DNA from: Candidatus Bathyarchaeota archaeon
Lineage (GTDB): Archaea; Thermoproteota; Bathyarchaeia; Bathyarchaeales; Bathyarchaeaceae
Direction: 5' to 3'
DNA length: 64,000 nucleotides
Assembly (NCBI GenBank): GCA_963697165.1
Contig: CAVOMX010000024.1
Span: 64,001 to 128,000, forward strand
Every line of letters begins with the position of its first letter. Within the stretch, counting starts at the first letter, position 1. The translations under genes and the position numbers were made by a program. The notes below the pieces were generated by a model. That model did no database searches. It saw nothing but the letters and a program-made list of their open reading frames with translations, and was not told where the DNA came from. Shown here one piece after another: positions 20,941-32,065 of this stretch.

Positions 20941-22248
20941 TCACAAGAACTTGCTTAAGTCAACTTTTCGGTAAGTTTCCTTTTTAAATCCTTTTCCCGT
21001 CCCTCTGAGAGGAATTGTCGCGTCCAAGCCCATCTTGCACGTTCTTGCTTTTTTGCCCTCACTCAAATCTCCAGACGGATCAAGCGAAGACCCAGGCTGG
21101 TTTGGAATGATGACCGCGGCTTTGTCTGCTTGGAATCTGGTTGCAAGTGCCCACTCAACATCGTTGCTGTCGTAGATGTTTATGTCATCATCTACAACAA
21201 CACAATGCTTCAACGACTTGTGACCCTCAAAAGCTGCATTAATTGCCTTCTTTCCATCGTCAGGATTTTGTTTAGTTATCTGCACTACCGCGTGGAGCCA
21301 ACTGCAGCCGCCAGTGGTGATGTAAACGTCATTGCATTTGCAGACCTTGTTGACTTCGTTAAAGATGGTGGGCTCCTTAGGCATCCCCATCAATATTTTG
21401 TGTTCGTTTCTTCCTGCAAGAATTGTTTGGTAAATCGGGGTCTTTCTGTGGGTAATACATTTTATTTCTATAACTGGCTGCTGTCTAACCCTGTCAACAA
21501 TCCCTGTAAGATCAAGGAACGGTCCTTCTGAAACAATCTCTTTTGTTATCCGTCCCTCCAGCACGATTTCGCAGTCTCTTGGAACCTCAACATCGATTGT
21601 CTTGCATTTCACCAATTCCGTCTTTTCTAGCACATTCGCCATTCCCAGCTCGTCAACGCCCTTTGGCAATGATGTGGACGCAGCGAGAAGAACAGCTGTG
21701 GAGTTGCCGATACAAATTGCTATGTCAAGTTCGCCCCCCGATTTTTTGAGGGCAGTGTCGGTTCCCCTGTCCTCTACGATTCGAGCCACAAACTTGTTTT
21801 TGCCAATCAGCATCAACCTGTGAAAACACGTGTTTCTGCCAAGCTCAGGATCTTTTACTATGGAGATTGCGGATGGAACATATTTTCCGCCGTCCTTGTC
21901 GGTGTACCTCATTATGGGTAACTTGGTTAAGTCAACGTTTTTTTCAACGATTTCTTGGCATTCTCCCTTCTCTACAACAGTTGAAGCAACAGGGTTTTCT
22001 ATGGCGCTCGACAGCTTTGGCAAAATCTGCTGTATGTTCATGTTCAAGGCTTTGGCAACTAATTCTTTGGAGGAGACCAAACCCGCAACTACGGGCATGC
22101 TGGACTCTTTTACTTTCTCAAAAAAGCAAGGTTTTTCGCCGAGAGCATCAATGATTCCCGCCAGCTCAAGCTCGGTTGAAACCTCTTTTTGTATTCTGGT
22201 TACTTTTCCTTCACGTTCAAGCTGTTCCAAAAAATTTCTAAAACCCAT
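20941..22248 (-). CDS. UbiD-family decarboxylase, probable anhydromevalonate phosphate decarboxylase
   Basis: HRLM; EGPF; GGCSWLH; VVDDDINI; WALATRFQ; SSLDPS; KMGLDAT; lies between mvk and PMDh. Confidence 0.88.
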   Translation of the reverse strand: MGFRNFLEQLEREGKVTRIQKEVSTELELAGIIDALGEKPCFFEKVKESSMPVVAGLVSSKELVAKALNMNIQQILPKLSSAIENPVASTVVEKGECQEIVEKNVDLTKLPIMRYTDKDGGKYVPSAISIVKDPELGRNTCFHRLMLIGKNKFVARIVEDRGTDTALKKSGGELDIAICIGNSTAVLLAASTSLPKGVDELGMANVLEKTELVKCKTIDVEVPRDCEIVLEGRITKEIVSEGPFLDLTGIVDRVRQQPVIEIKCITHRKTPIYQTILAGRNEHKILMGMPKEPTIFNEVNKVCKCNDVYITTGGCSWLHAVVQITKQNPDDGKKAINAAFEGHKSLKHCVVVDDDINIYDSNDVEWALATRFQADKAAVIIPNQPGSSLDPSGDLSEGKKARTCKMGLDATIPLRGTGKGFKKETYRKVDLSKFL

Positions 22249-22258
22249 TTCTTCTTCC

Positions 22259-23209
22259 TCACCTTTTCTTAACGCCAATTTTTGTTCTTAACACTTCAAA
22301 GCCTTCATTTTCTATGGCTGACGCGACCTTTTCCTGCAGCTCTTTTCCGGGAGTTAAGGCTATCATGCAGCCTCCGCCTCCGCCGCCAGTCATTTTTGCT
22401 CCAAACGCGCCCTGCTTCTCTAGCCAAGTCAACCAAGTAATCTAGTTCTTTGCAGGAGACCTCGATTTCCTGTAGTAAACGATGGTTTTTGTTCATTAAT
22501 TCGCCAACTTTCCTCAGGTCAAAATCTTCCAGAGCCTTCTCTTCCTTTATGCGCCAGATCTTCTGCTTGCTTGAAGATTGCATCATATTTTTCGGGGTTT
22601 TGTCTTCTTTCGTTCACCAACCCCCACAACCATCGCCTTAGTGTTGGCAACTATTCCCGTGTTGCCGATCACAATTTCAACGGGTTCGACGTATGCTTAA
22701 TTGTTCTATCGTGTTTGAGTCTACGCTCAAACTTTTCTTGAACCAAATCAAGCCGCCAAACGTTGCTGCGGTGTTGTCGATGCCTGAAGGGTTTCCCGCA
22801 TACGCCTTCTCCGCTTCATATGCAATGTCATTAATTTTTTCGTCGGACAAATCTAAGTCAAACTCTTCTGCTATAGCTCTGGCAATCGCGACGCTGCTTG
22901 CTGCAGAAGCTCCAAGTCCACTAAATCCGGGTAGGTTTCCGCCTAACCAAATGTCTATGGCGACCGTTTTGGGGTCCATGTTCATTGCTTTTAGCATTCT
23001 TTCGATTGATTCTAGTTGTTGCAGTTTTTTCTTTTCAGCGTAGCCTTTTGCGCCTGTTCTTTCGTCCTGTTACCGTTAATGCCTTTTGCTGCTTTTTTTA
23101 CTTCTGCGTCAGCTGTTGAATCAACTGCTGAAACAATTCCGGGTACACCATGAACAACGAAGTGTTCACCGAACAAAATTGTTTTTCCGAAGCCAGAACC
23201 TCTTCCCAT
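22259..23209 (-). CDS. mvk: mevalonate kinase (several frameshifts)
   Basis: GKTILFGEHFVVHG; SGLGASAA; PSGIDN; GAKMTGGGGGG read across frames. Confidence 0.9.
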
Positions 23210-23483
23210 TGGAACCAACCCAGAAGACAATGGAATAGATTAAATAAAATACTTTTAGGTCAACTGTATTTTCCTGAAATTGGTTTTGACACAACATAAT
23301 AATTGGACAGTTCAGACTCGGAATTTACAAGACCCAAAAACTGGACTCTTCACGTAATACCTTTAAATTAAAAAATTTATTCTTCCGAAATCAACTTAAT
23401 TTCGAATTGAGACTATTTTGACGACATATCACTGACCTGAACAACCTTTTTATTCTCAGTGAACAAATGATTACTTGGATTTT

Positions 23484-24483
23484 ATGTCAAACATGATCGA
23501 GGTCAAAGACCTGGTGCTGGTATATTCTAACGGCACTAAAGCGGTAGACAATATTTCATTCAACGTAAAAAAGGGTGAATTTTTCGGATTTTTGGGACCA
23601 AACGGAGCAGGAAAAAGCACAACAATAAAAGTTCTGACAACCTTACTGAAAAAAACCTCAGGTTCGGTATATGTGGCAGGTTACAACCTCGATAAAGATT
23701 CTAAAGAGATACGAAAATTGATTGGTGTTCAAAGCCAAGAAACGGTTGTTGACGGCGACCTAACTGGCAGAGAAAACCTAATGCTTCAAGGACACTTCCA
23801 ACAACTTTCCGGCAAAACCCTAAAAGATCGAGTTGATGAGCTGCTTAAACTAGTAGACCTAGAAAGTTTCGCTGACAAACGCGCAAGAAACTACTCTGGT
23901 GGAATGAAGAAAAGATTAGACCTAGCAACCACTCTAGTTCACAGACCACAACTACTTTTTTTGGATGAACCAACTACTGGACTTGATCCACAATCCCGTT
24001 CAGCTATATGGGAATTACCTTGAAAAATTGAACAAAGAAGAAAAAACCACAATATTCTTGACCACTCAATACATGGAAGAAGCCGACAGACTCTGCAGAC
24101 AACTCGCAATTATCGACACCGGAAAAATAGTGGCCAGCGGTTCCCCAGCAGAATTAAAGCAACAGTTAGGAGTGGACTCAATCAAAATTATACTAAAAGA
24201 CTGCACCAAAGACAAAACAAAAGCCATCGATCTTCTCAAGAGCTTGACTGGAGTAACAAATATTTCTGAATCAGGTGACTGTTTAACAGCTTTTGCAAAA
24301 AACGCCAGTCAACTAATCGCAGATATCGTTAGAGCCCTCGATAGCCTTGAGATAAGACTGTCTGGGATAAGCTTTTCATCACCCACTCTTGACGACGTAT
24401 ATCTTCAAAAGACTGGAAAAAGAATAAGAACAGAAGAACTAGTAAAAACGCCAAGCACAACCTTTGGCGCAAGGAGAAGATGA
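23484..24483 (+). CDS. ABC-2 exporter ATP-binding subunit, DrrA-like (frameshift near 24015)
   Basis: GPNGAGKST; YSGGMKKRL; LDEPTTGLDP; TTQYMEEAD; PTLDDVYL. Confidence 0.92.
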
Positions 24484-25256
24484 GAAAAATGACATTATTA
24501 TCTGATACAAGATATCTCTTTGTGAGATATCTAAAAAAACTTATTCGAAATCCTATACTCCTCTTCTTCTCACTAGTCCAGCCAATAATCTTCTTAGTTC
24601 TCTTCACTCAACTTTTTGAAAGATTCGCAAACGTACCAGGGTTTCCTGCAGAAAGCTACCTTATCTTTGCCACTCCAGGAATCCTACTACAAAACGCCTT
24701 CGGCAGCGCTCTACAATCCGGAAACTCAATCGTTTCCGATATGGACACTGGATACTTACAGAAAATGTTAGTTACACCAGTTAGCCGATACGCCATACTC
24801 CTTGGAAGATTAACAAGCGACGCTTTCCGAGTGTTGATTCAATCAACTATCATACTAATTTTAGCTTTCATAATCGGTGCTACTCCAGTCACCGGAATAG
24901 CCGGTGTGCTACTCATGCTTTTAACAATCGCATTTTTCGGGCTAGCATGGTCAGGAATCTCTCTTGCCATAGGTCTAAAAACTAGAAGCTCTGAAACAGT
25001 ATTTGCATTCGGCTCATTTCTCACTTTTCCACTATTATTCATGAGTACATCCTTAACGCCTCTAGATTTTATGCCTGACTGGATTAAAACAGTTTCAATG
25101 TTCAACCCAATAAGCTACACAGTAGACGCAGTCAGAGTCCTAATGATAGACGGATTCGTATGGAATACCATTCTTTCAGCCTATTTTGTTATCGGACTTA
25201 TTGCACTCATAACTTTAGGATCCACTTTGTACCTGTTTAGAAAAGTAGTAAGCTGA
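24480..25256 (+). CDS. ABC-2 exporter permease, DrrB-like
   Basis: Six TM helices; LVTPVSR; MPDWIK..NPISY. Confidence 0.9.
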   Translation: MRKMTLLSDTRYLFVRYLKKLIRNPILLFFSLVQPIIFLVLFTQLFERFANVPGFPAESYLIFATPGILLQNAFGSALQSGNSIVSDMDTGYLQKMLVTPVSRYAILLGRLTSDAFRVLIQSTIILILAFIIGATPVTGIAGVLLMLLTIAFFGLAWSGISLAIGLKTRSSETVFAFGSFLTFPLLFMSTSLTPLDFMPDWIKTVSMFNPISYTVDAVRVLMIDGFVWNTILSAYFVIGLIALITLGSTLYLFRKVVS

Positions 25257-25287
25257 TTCAAAAATTGTGAACCAAAATTCATTTAGG

Positions 25288-26143
25288 TTAACATTTTTTC
25301 GTAAATGCGATTGCTGCGTAGCCGACTACTGCGGAACGGTCACCTAGAATGTCGCCGCTTGTTTGGTAGCTTAATAACTGTGCCTTTTTGGCTCCACAGC
25401 TCTTTTGATGCTGTGATGGCAGCGATGGTGGGACCGTAACCGCAAGTGGATATCCCATAAGCTTCTACAGTATTGTAGTATCTTTCTTCATCCATTTTAA
25501 GGGTAGCATCTATCGCCATTTTGTCCTTCTTTTCAGCTCTTTCCTGTGGCTCATAATGGGTCAAATCAGAGGATGCGATAACCAACGCGTTCTTGCCCTT
25601 CAAGGCTGAGGAAACAGCTTTTCCCACTTCACGGCTGGACTCTAAATCTTGCATCATAAAACAGACAGGAACAAACTTGAAGTCTGAACCATACAAATAC
25701 TGAAGGAAAGGCAACTGCAACTCAATAGAATGCTCGTAAGCATGTGCGCTCTCGTCCACATCGATGATGCTAGATGCCTGCAGAATCTTGTTGGCGGTTT
25801 CGGTGTCGATCTCCACGTCGCCTAGGGGAGTACGCCATGCACCCTCATTCATAACTGAAAGGGCGCTTCCGTGTCCAGTATGATTGGGACCAAAAATCAC
25901 TATAACGTCGGGTTTTCCATCCTTCGCAAGATGATAATAGGCGTGAGCGGCTACAGGACCAGAAGCTACGTATCCTGCATGGGGAACAACAAGCCCAACA
26001 AGGCTCCGTGGGCCCTCCCTTACGACTTGGGGAAGGTTTCCGGGTCCTAGCCTGTGAATAAAAAGTTCTTCTATCTGCTTTCGTAAACTGTTGGGGGTAC
26101 CAGCGTACCATGAACCTGCTACTGCTGGGTACCTGATTTTCAA
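25288..26143 (-). CDS. MEMO1 family protein (frameshift near 25395)
   Basis: PAVAGSWY; PHAGYVASG; GPNHTG; EHSIELQLPFLQ; SSDLTHY; CGYGP. Confidence 0.93.
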
Positions 26144-26817
26144 TCCTCTTCTATTTCCCCTCTTTCCCTTGTCAGCTTTATTTCGAAGTCTTCGATAGAC
26201 TGACTTAGGTCTCCGTCTGCGGGAATTTCGCCTCTCTCGCGTAGTATCTGTCTAGCTAGAAGCCAATAGATTACTGCCAATGCGCGTCTTCCCTTGTTGT
26301 TGGTGGGTATAACCAAGTCTACAAAGGAAAAGTCATTGTCTGTGCTGCAGAGTCCTATAACTGGAATTCCGATGTTTGCTGATTCTTTTACAGCTTGCAC
26401 ATCAGCTTTGGGATCAGACACTATTATCACGCTAGGTTCGAAGCGGTTTGGGTAAAGCGGGTTTGAAAGCATTCCAGGGATGAACCGTCCAACTATCGAG
26501 GTTGCTCCAATTACTTCACAGAATTTCTCTGCAGGAGACTGACCATATAGTCGTCCAGCTACAACCGCTATCTTTGAAGGTTCAAATCGGGCTAGAAACT
26601 TGGCGGCAACTCGTATGCGTTCGTCTGTTTTCTTAACATCCAAAACGAACAGACCGTCAGCTCTAACTCTGTATATGAACTGTTCCATGTCTTTTGTTCT
26701 CATTCTTGTTCCTATATGAACCCCCGCGGACAACAGTGTATCCTGAGGTAACAGCAGCTCTTCTTCGCTGTATGTTTCCATGTTTTCTTCACTTTCGGAC
26801 AAAATTTTTTCCTCCAA
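26140..26817 (-). CDS. rps2: 30S ribosomal protein S2
   Basis: AGVHIGT; GRFIPG; IPTNNKG. Confidence 0.97.
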   Translation of the reverse strand: MEEKILSESEENMETYSEEELLLPQDTLLSAGVHIGTRMRTKDMEQFIYRVRADGLFVLDVKKTDERIRVAAKFLARFEPSKIAVVAGRLYGQSPAEKFCEVIGATSIVGRFIPGMLSNPLYPNRFEPSVIIVSDPKADVQAVKESANIGIPVIGLCSTDNDFSFVDLVIPTNNKGRRALAVIYWLLARQILRERGEIPADGDLSQSIEDFEIKLTRERGEIEED

Positions 26818-28062
26818 CTATAATCTTGACATTTGTGCTCTATTTCCAAGATTTTCCTCTATTCTAATCAGCTCGTTTATTTTAGCCACTCGCTCTCCAT
26901 TTAACACGCCCGTCTTGATGATCGGACAAGAGAAACCAACGGCTAAGTGAGCTATATGTGTATCAGTTGTTTCGCCAGAACGATGGGACATAACTGGAAC
27001 GTATCCAGCTCTTTTCGCCAACCGCGTAGTCTCCCACGCATCTGTGAGTGTGCCAACCTGATTAATTTTTATGATAAGAGAATTTCCAGCGCACATTTCA
27101 ATTCCCTTATTTAGCCTCTCGCGGTTTGTAACAAACAAGTCGTCACCGCAGATTAGACACTTCTTAGCTTTCTTTGTAAGTTCGGCAAAGCTTTCGTAGT
27201 CGTTCTCATCGAAGGGGTCTTCAACATAAGCCAGATTATACTCTTCAATGAGATGCAACATAAACTCTAGTTGCTCGCCAGAACCTCGCTTTTTTCCTTC
27301 CATCGAATAAACATAAACATTATCTTTTTGGTTCCAGAAACTGGAAGCAGCAACATCAAGGCATGCCCTGCATTCGATGTCCAGATCTTCTGAAACTTCT
27401 TCACAGGCTTTAGCGACTATTTTCAAAGCTTCTTCATTTTCTATGTTGGGGGCCCAAGCTCCCTCGTCGCCTCTTCCACCTGTAAAGTTTTTATCAGCCT
27501 TTCTGAGCAAAGCGCCAATCTTTTGATGTACCATAATGTTGGCTTTCGCCGCCTCTGCAAAGCTGGGTGCCTTAAACGGGATAACCAGATATTCTTGGAT
27601 GTCTGTTGTCTTTCCAAGAGCATGTTTTCCTCCGCCCAACACGTTTCCAAGAGGATACGGAAGCTCGTTTCCGAGGTATCCAGACAAATACTGAAACAGA
27701 GGCAAATCATAGGATGTTGCGGCTGCCTCTGCATTAGCAACGGATATTGCGAAGACAGTGTTTCCTCCAACCTTGCTGAAGTTTTCTGTTTCATCGATTT
27801 CGTGAAGAAGAGCATCAATCTCGTTTTGTTCTTCAGCCTCCATGCCTATAAGCTCAGGGACAACAAGCTCTTCCAAAGTCTTTATAGCCGCGTCAACTCC
27901 GCCTTTGGGATAGGAAACCACCTCTGCTTTGCCTTTACTAGCTCCGGCGGGAGCAGCGGCTCTTCCAAATCCATCAGTGGTTATGATGTCAACTTCAATT
28001 GTTTCCTGTCCTCTGCTATTGAAAAGTTTTCGCGCCATAACATCTTCTATGACAGATGACAT
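26818..28062 (-). CDS. eno: enolase
   Basis: NSRG; GDEG; EDPF; GDDLFVTN; KINQVGTL; SHRSGET. Confidence 0.97.
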   Translation of the reverse strand: MSSVIEDVMARKLFNSRGQETIEVDIITTDGFGRAAAPAGASKGKAEVVSYPKGGVDAAIKTLEELVVPELIGMEAEEQNEIDALLHEIDETENFSKVGGNTVFAISVANAEAAATSYDLPLFQYLSGYLGNELPYPLGNVLGGGKHALGKTTDIQEYLVIPFKAPSFAEAAKANIMVHQKIGALLRKADKNFTGGRGDEGAWAPNIENEEALKIVAKACEEVSEDLDIECRACLDVAASSFWNQKDNVYVYSMEGKKRGSGEQLEFMLHLIEEYNLAYVEDPFDENDYESFAELTKKAKKCLICGDDLFVTNRERLNKGIEMCAGNSLIIKINQVGTLTDAWETTRLAKRAGYVPVMSHRSGETTDTHIAHLAVGFSCPIIKTGVLNGERVAKINELIRIEENLGNRAQMSRL

Positions 28063-28074
28063 GCTTGTTCACCG

Positions 28075-28302
28075 CTAAAATGGTTGAGGGCGGTTTGTTT
28101 TCCCTTTTTCTCCGTAAAACCTTAGGATGCTGTCAGTAATTTCTATGTGACCCAGAATCATTCGGCGGCAGCAATATCTGGTTACACCTAAACTGTCCAG
28201 AACCTTTTTTGCGTCTTCTCCAGCTTTTACCCTGCTGGTGAACTCTTCCCATTTGTCACTTACCACTTTGCCACATGTAAAACAACGAACTGGGATGATA
28301 AT
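28075..28302 (-). CDS. rpoN: RNA polymerase subunit N (Rpo10); apparent ATT start
   Basis: (M)[11 protein letters not shown]...RYCCRRM. Confidence 0.95.
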   Translation of the reverse strand: MIIPVRCFTCGKVVSDKWEEFTSRVKAGEDAKKVLDSLGVTRYCCRRMILGHIEITDSILRFYGEKGKTNRPQPF

Positions 28303-28442
28303 TTCAATTCGACCTCCTATACATAACTATGACCTTCAGGTTGTTTCGAGCATTCAATTCCTACTTATACATTTCGGCGTCAATTCATTTAGGCTAGTTG
28401 ACGCCTTTGGCTACTAATATGCCCCTTATTGTTTGGGCATGC

Positions 28443-28856
28443 TTACCTGTAGCTTTTTTGATCCCTAGCCCTAGCTCCGGGTCCTCCGAACTTTTTAGGT
28501 TCGCTTCTTCTAGGATCACCGGCAATCATTGTTCGATCGTAATCTTTAAGTGTGGTACGAAGTCGGGTGCTTTTTGTCCACTTCAGTAGACCTTTAGCTA
28601 TTGCCATACGCGAAGCTTCAGCCTGTCCCATGAAACCCCCTCCAGCCACAGTGACGTTGATGTCAAGTTGGTTCCAAACTTTGTCTTCTGTCAATAATAG
28701 GGGTTCTAGAATTTTGTCTCGAGCGATTTTGGGTTCAAAAATCTCTAAAGGTACGTTGTTTATTCTGACTCTTCCCTTTCCAAGTCTGACTGTAGCTCTT
28801 GCTATTGCGGTTTTCCGCTTTCCACTTATTACCATGACTTTCTTTGTTTTAGACAT
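28443..28856 (-). CDS. rps9: 30S ribosomal protein S9
   Basis: [23 protein letters not shown]. Confidence 0.97.
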   Translation of the reverse strand: MSKTKKVMVISGKRKTAIARATVRLGKGRVRINNVPLEIFEPKIARDKILEPLLLTEDKVWNQLDINVTVAGGGFMGQAEASRMAIAKGLLKWTKSTRLRTTLKDYDRTMIAGDPRRSEPKKFGGPGARARDQKSYR

Positions 28857-28857
28857 G

Positions 28858-29301
28858 CTATTCAACCTCTGGGGTCCATCCGCCGACTTCTTTAGCCAAT
28901 TCACCCACGGTTATATAAGGTGATTTTAATTTATCTGCGCTGGCTTCAATGATTGTCTGGACTTTTTTGTCCACAAATTCCACTGGAATACCTAGATGCA
29001 CTCTAAGTCTCTTGTAAGCCAACTTACCTTTCGGTTTCTGCCGAGGAAGCATACCCCGAACCGTTCTACTAACAATTCTGTCAGGTCTTCTAGGATGATA
29101 AGGTCCCTTTCTTGGATGACCAACCTCGAGGAACGTTTTAGCTTCATCAACTATTTGCTTCCTCTTGCCTGAAATGGCTGCTTTTTCAGCATTTAAAATG
29201 ATTACTGTCTCGCCTAGGAGAAGACGTTTGGCTACATTACTCGCCAATCGTCCAAGAATTAACCCCTTGGCGTCTATAATTGTGGTGTTATTAGAAGACA
29301 T
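28858..29301 (-). CDS. rpl13: 50S ribosomal protein L13
   Basis: [21 protein letters not shown]. Confidence 0.97.
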   Translation of the reverse strand: MSSNNTTIIDAKGLILGRLASNVAKRLLLGETVIILNAEKAAISGKRKQIVDEAKTFLEVGHPRKGPYHPRRPDRIVSRTVRGMLPRQKPKGKLAYKRLRVHLGIPVEFVDKKVQTIIEASADKLKSPYITVGELAKEVGGWTPEVE

Positions 29302-29307
29302 CCCAGT

Positions 29308-29671
29308 TTACCCCATAAGTTTCACGTTTTTGCCTGTTGGGTTCTTTTTCATCAAGTCTCTGATAGATAAACAGTTTCCCTTACCCTTCAGAATCTTTGA
29401 TTTCGCCATATCAGAAAAGGCGAATGCTGCTACTGTCAAGGGATGATCTGCTTTTCCGGCGCCTAGAACTTTGCCCGGAACAACTACTGTTTCTCCCTCT
29501 TTCGTGTGTCGGTTCAAACGGCTTACGTTTACGGCTACACGGCTTCTTTTTGAACTTGCCAAACGTTCTGCTAAATTGCGCCATAATTCAGTTTGGCTTT
29601 CTTGTGATTTTTTCTTCAAATCTCGAATGAGCGACAATAAGCTCCGGATTAGTTGCCTTTATTTTCTTCAC
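29308..29671 (-). CDS. rpl18e: 50S ribosomal protein L18e (frameshift near 29638)
   Basis: ATNPEL; VNVSRL; VVPGKVLG. Confidence 0.95.
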
Positions 29672-29673
29672 TT

Positions 29674-30489
29674 CTACTTACCCTTTTTCAGTTGATCGGA
29701 AAAATCCTTGACTTTTTTGTCAAAGATTTTGATAGCTTCAAAAACAATTCGTTCTACTGGAAGTGCTCCAGTAGACTCGATTTTAAAGATAAACGCTTTC
29801 TTGTCCCAAGATATTTCGACTGCTGGCTGATCTTGGGGGCAAGCGTCTGTACAGTCCATACAGAGTGTGCACTCAATTTCTTTCTGAGTTTTTATCCCTT
29901 CATCCGTGTCGATGAGACACTCTTCGGGACAGACTTTAACGCATTTGCCGCATGCATCACAGAGTTTAGAGTCTACCTTGATTTCTGGGAGATACATGTA
30001 AGTGCACATGGAGACTGGCTGCCATTTCGCGTGTTTCTTTCCTTTTCCCAGTCGAGCATATGCTTCCAATTTTATTCGCTGATCAGGAGCCAGTTTTGCT
30101 ATCGGAATCTTGTCGCTGACTGGGACTATGTCGGGGTTCTCTGGTTTCATATCTCCTGAATAAACTGTCATCGTTTTGTCTTCGGCTTCTGCTTCCAGTG
30201 TCAGATTTGATCGACAAATACTGCATCCGAACTCGCTTTCGCATTTACAGTCTTCAGGAAGGCTGTAAGAATCCAGGTCTGTTTTGAGTGGAATTAATCC
30301 CATCCGGTGTGCGAGAATCTCGTCGTGAAGAATTGAAGAGTTTTCGAGGATAACAATTTCGTCTATAGCCATTGTGGGTACTTCGGTGAGCATAATTCGT
30401 CGTAACGCATTTACAAAAGGCGTATCGACTCCGCTAACAATGAATCGCATAAATTCATCGCTTTTTTCAAGTATCTGAATATCTACCAC
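29674..30489 (-). CDS. rpoD: RNA polymerase subunit D (Rpo3) with ferredoxin-like insert
   Basis: NALRR; DEILAHRMGLIP; HAKWQP; two CxxCxxCxxxCP motifs. Confidence 0.97.
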   Translation of the reverse strand: MVDIQILEKSDEFMRFIVSGVDTPFVNALRRIMLTEVPTMAIDEIVILENSSILHDEILAHRMGLIPLKTDLDSYSLPEDCKCESEFGCSICRSNLTLEAEAEDKTMTVYSGDMKPENPDIVPVSDKIPIAKLAPDQRIKLEAYARLGKGKKHAKWQPVSMCTYMYLPEIKVDSKLCDACGKCVKVCPEECLIDTDEGIKTQKEIECTLCMDCTDACPQDQPAVEISWDKKAFIFKIESTGALPVERIVFEAIKIFDKKVKDFSDQLKKGK

Positions 30490-30627
30490 ATTTAAGCCTC
30501 TTTGTAATAGTGCGTTTAAATCTCGTGCTTTTCAAAGAGAGCGAAAGGGCTTATTTCAATATTTTGGTTGTTAGGGAAAGCCGATTGATTATTTTCTTCG
30601 GCTTTTTTCCTCTGTTTCACACAATTA

Positions 30628-30644
30628 GTAATAAAAAAAGAAAA
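30628..30644 (-). terminator. oligo-T terminator candidate after rps11
   Basis: Minus strand reads TTTTCTTTTTTT immediately after the stop codon. Confidence 0.45.
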
Positions 30645-31040
30645 TTAGACTCTGCGTCCTCTGCGTCCGCCCTTTCTTCGGGTTCCATCGTGAGGTATAG
30701 GCGTTACCTCTTCGATTCGACCTACACGGAATCCAGCCCTTGCCAAGGCACGTATAGCCGCTTGGGCTCCTGCTCCGGGCGTTCTTGCGCCTGAGCCTCC
30801 TGGAGCTCGAACTTTTATGTGTATTGCTGTAATTCCTTTGTCTTTAGCGACTGTGGCTGTGTGTGCAGCAGCTCGCATGGTAGCGTACGCGGATGATTCT
30901 AGACGATCTGATTTAACGTGCATTCCACCTGAGGATCTTGCAATGGTTTCTGCACCTGAGATGTCTGTAAAATGTATTATTGTATTGTTGTATGAGCTGT
31001 AAACGTGAACAACTGCCCATTTGTCGGTTTTTTTACTCAC
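30645..31040 (-). CDS. rps11: 30S ribosomal protein S11
   Basis: [32 protein letters not shown]. Confidence 0.97.
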   Translation of the reverse strand: MSKKTDKWAVVHVYSSYNNTIIHFTDISGAETIARSSGGMHVKSDRLESSAYATMRAAAHTATVAKDKGITAIHIKVRAPGGSGARTPGAGAQAAIRALARAGFRVGRIEEVTPIPHDGTRRKGGRRGRRV

Positions 31041-31600
31041 GTCTATTTTCCTCCTTGCGCTGTGATAGTGGCTCTGCTGGAATGTTTACGGCTTTTGCTA
31101 AGGGATGATCAGGATCTGTTAGAGGGCTTTTGGCAGCTATAGGCTATCTTTTCCTCTTCGTCTTTGAGTACCAAATAGCTTGGAGATGAGACTCTTCGTC
31201 CATCAACGGCGATGTGCCCATGGGTAATAAGTTGGCGAGATTGCTGTATAGATTGGGACAAGCCCCTATGGAAAACAAGTGTTTGAAGCCTGCGTTCCAG
31301 TATGTCTTCTAATGTCAGATCCAAAACGGCGTCCAGTGCAGATTCGTCAGGTAGGATTCCTAGCCTGTTAAGCCTGTTTAGAAGCTGCTTTTCCTGTTCG
31401 CTTCGTTCTTCAACAGAGCTAGCCAAAAGTGAACGTCCGATGCCACGGTACTTTGAAACCAAAGTTTTGGAGCGCCATATTTCTCGTTTATTTCGTAAAC
31501 CGTAATGACCAAGAGTTTTAAGTTCGGCTTCCAGTGTGTCTATTTGCCAAGGGAACCGTGGTGTATCAAACTTTTTTCTTTGCCTTTTTGGATCGCCCAT
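31033..31600 (-). CDS. rps4: 30S ribosomal protein S4 (frameshift near 31140)
   Basis: [31 protein letters not shown]. Confidence 0.96.
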
Positions 31601-31603
31601 CTA

Positions 31604-32065
31604 TTATTTCCCTCGCTGTACCTGTTTCTTCTTTACGCCTATCGCTTTTCCTTTTCTGCCCGTTGTTTTAGTTCTTTGCCCTCGGACCTTTAATCCATAG
31701 CTGTGACGGAAGCCTTTCCATGATCGCATCTTCTTCATTTGTTCTATGTCATTCTTTGTTTGAACAATCAGGTCTGTGCCTAAAACGTGAATGTCTTTTC
31801 CTGTTTCCAAATCTTTTCGTCGATTTAGAAGCCATGCGGGTATACCATACGCCGCGGGGTTTGTGATGACATCTTCGATTTTTTCTACATCAGCGTTAGA
31901 AAGGAAACCCATTCTTGTTTCTGGATCGATTCCAGATTTCTCTACGACTGCGTTTGCTATTTCTATTCCTATGCCCTTTACGCTTGTCAGGGCGTAAGTT
32001 ACCGGCTGAGTTCCTTTAATATCGGCTCCGGCAAACCTTATGATGTGCTGAAATTCTCTAGACAT
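31604..32065 (-). CDS. rps13: 30S ribosomal protein S13
   Basis: KGIG; PAWLLNRRKD; GLKVRGQRTKTTGR. Confidence 0.97.
   Translation of the reverse strand: MSREFQHIIRFAGADIKGTQPVTYALTSVKGIGIEIANAVVEKSGIDPETRMGFLSNADVEKIEDVITNPAAYGIPAWLLNRRKDLETGKDIHVLGTDLIVQTKNDIEQMKKMRSWKGFRHSYGLKVRGQRTKTTGRKGKAIGVKKKQVQRGK

Noticed and set aside
28303..28442. Possible tRNA in the rps9-rpoN gap (also 30490-30644)
   Set aside because: No cloverleaf or T-arm GTTCRA context; these gaps look like AT-rich promoter/terminator sequence.
29840..29965. Two Fe-S motifs in RpoD as a novelty
   Set aside because: A ferredoxin-like domain in archaeal Rpo3 is well known.
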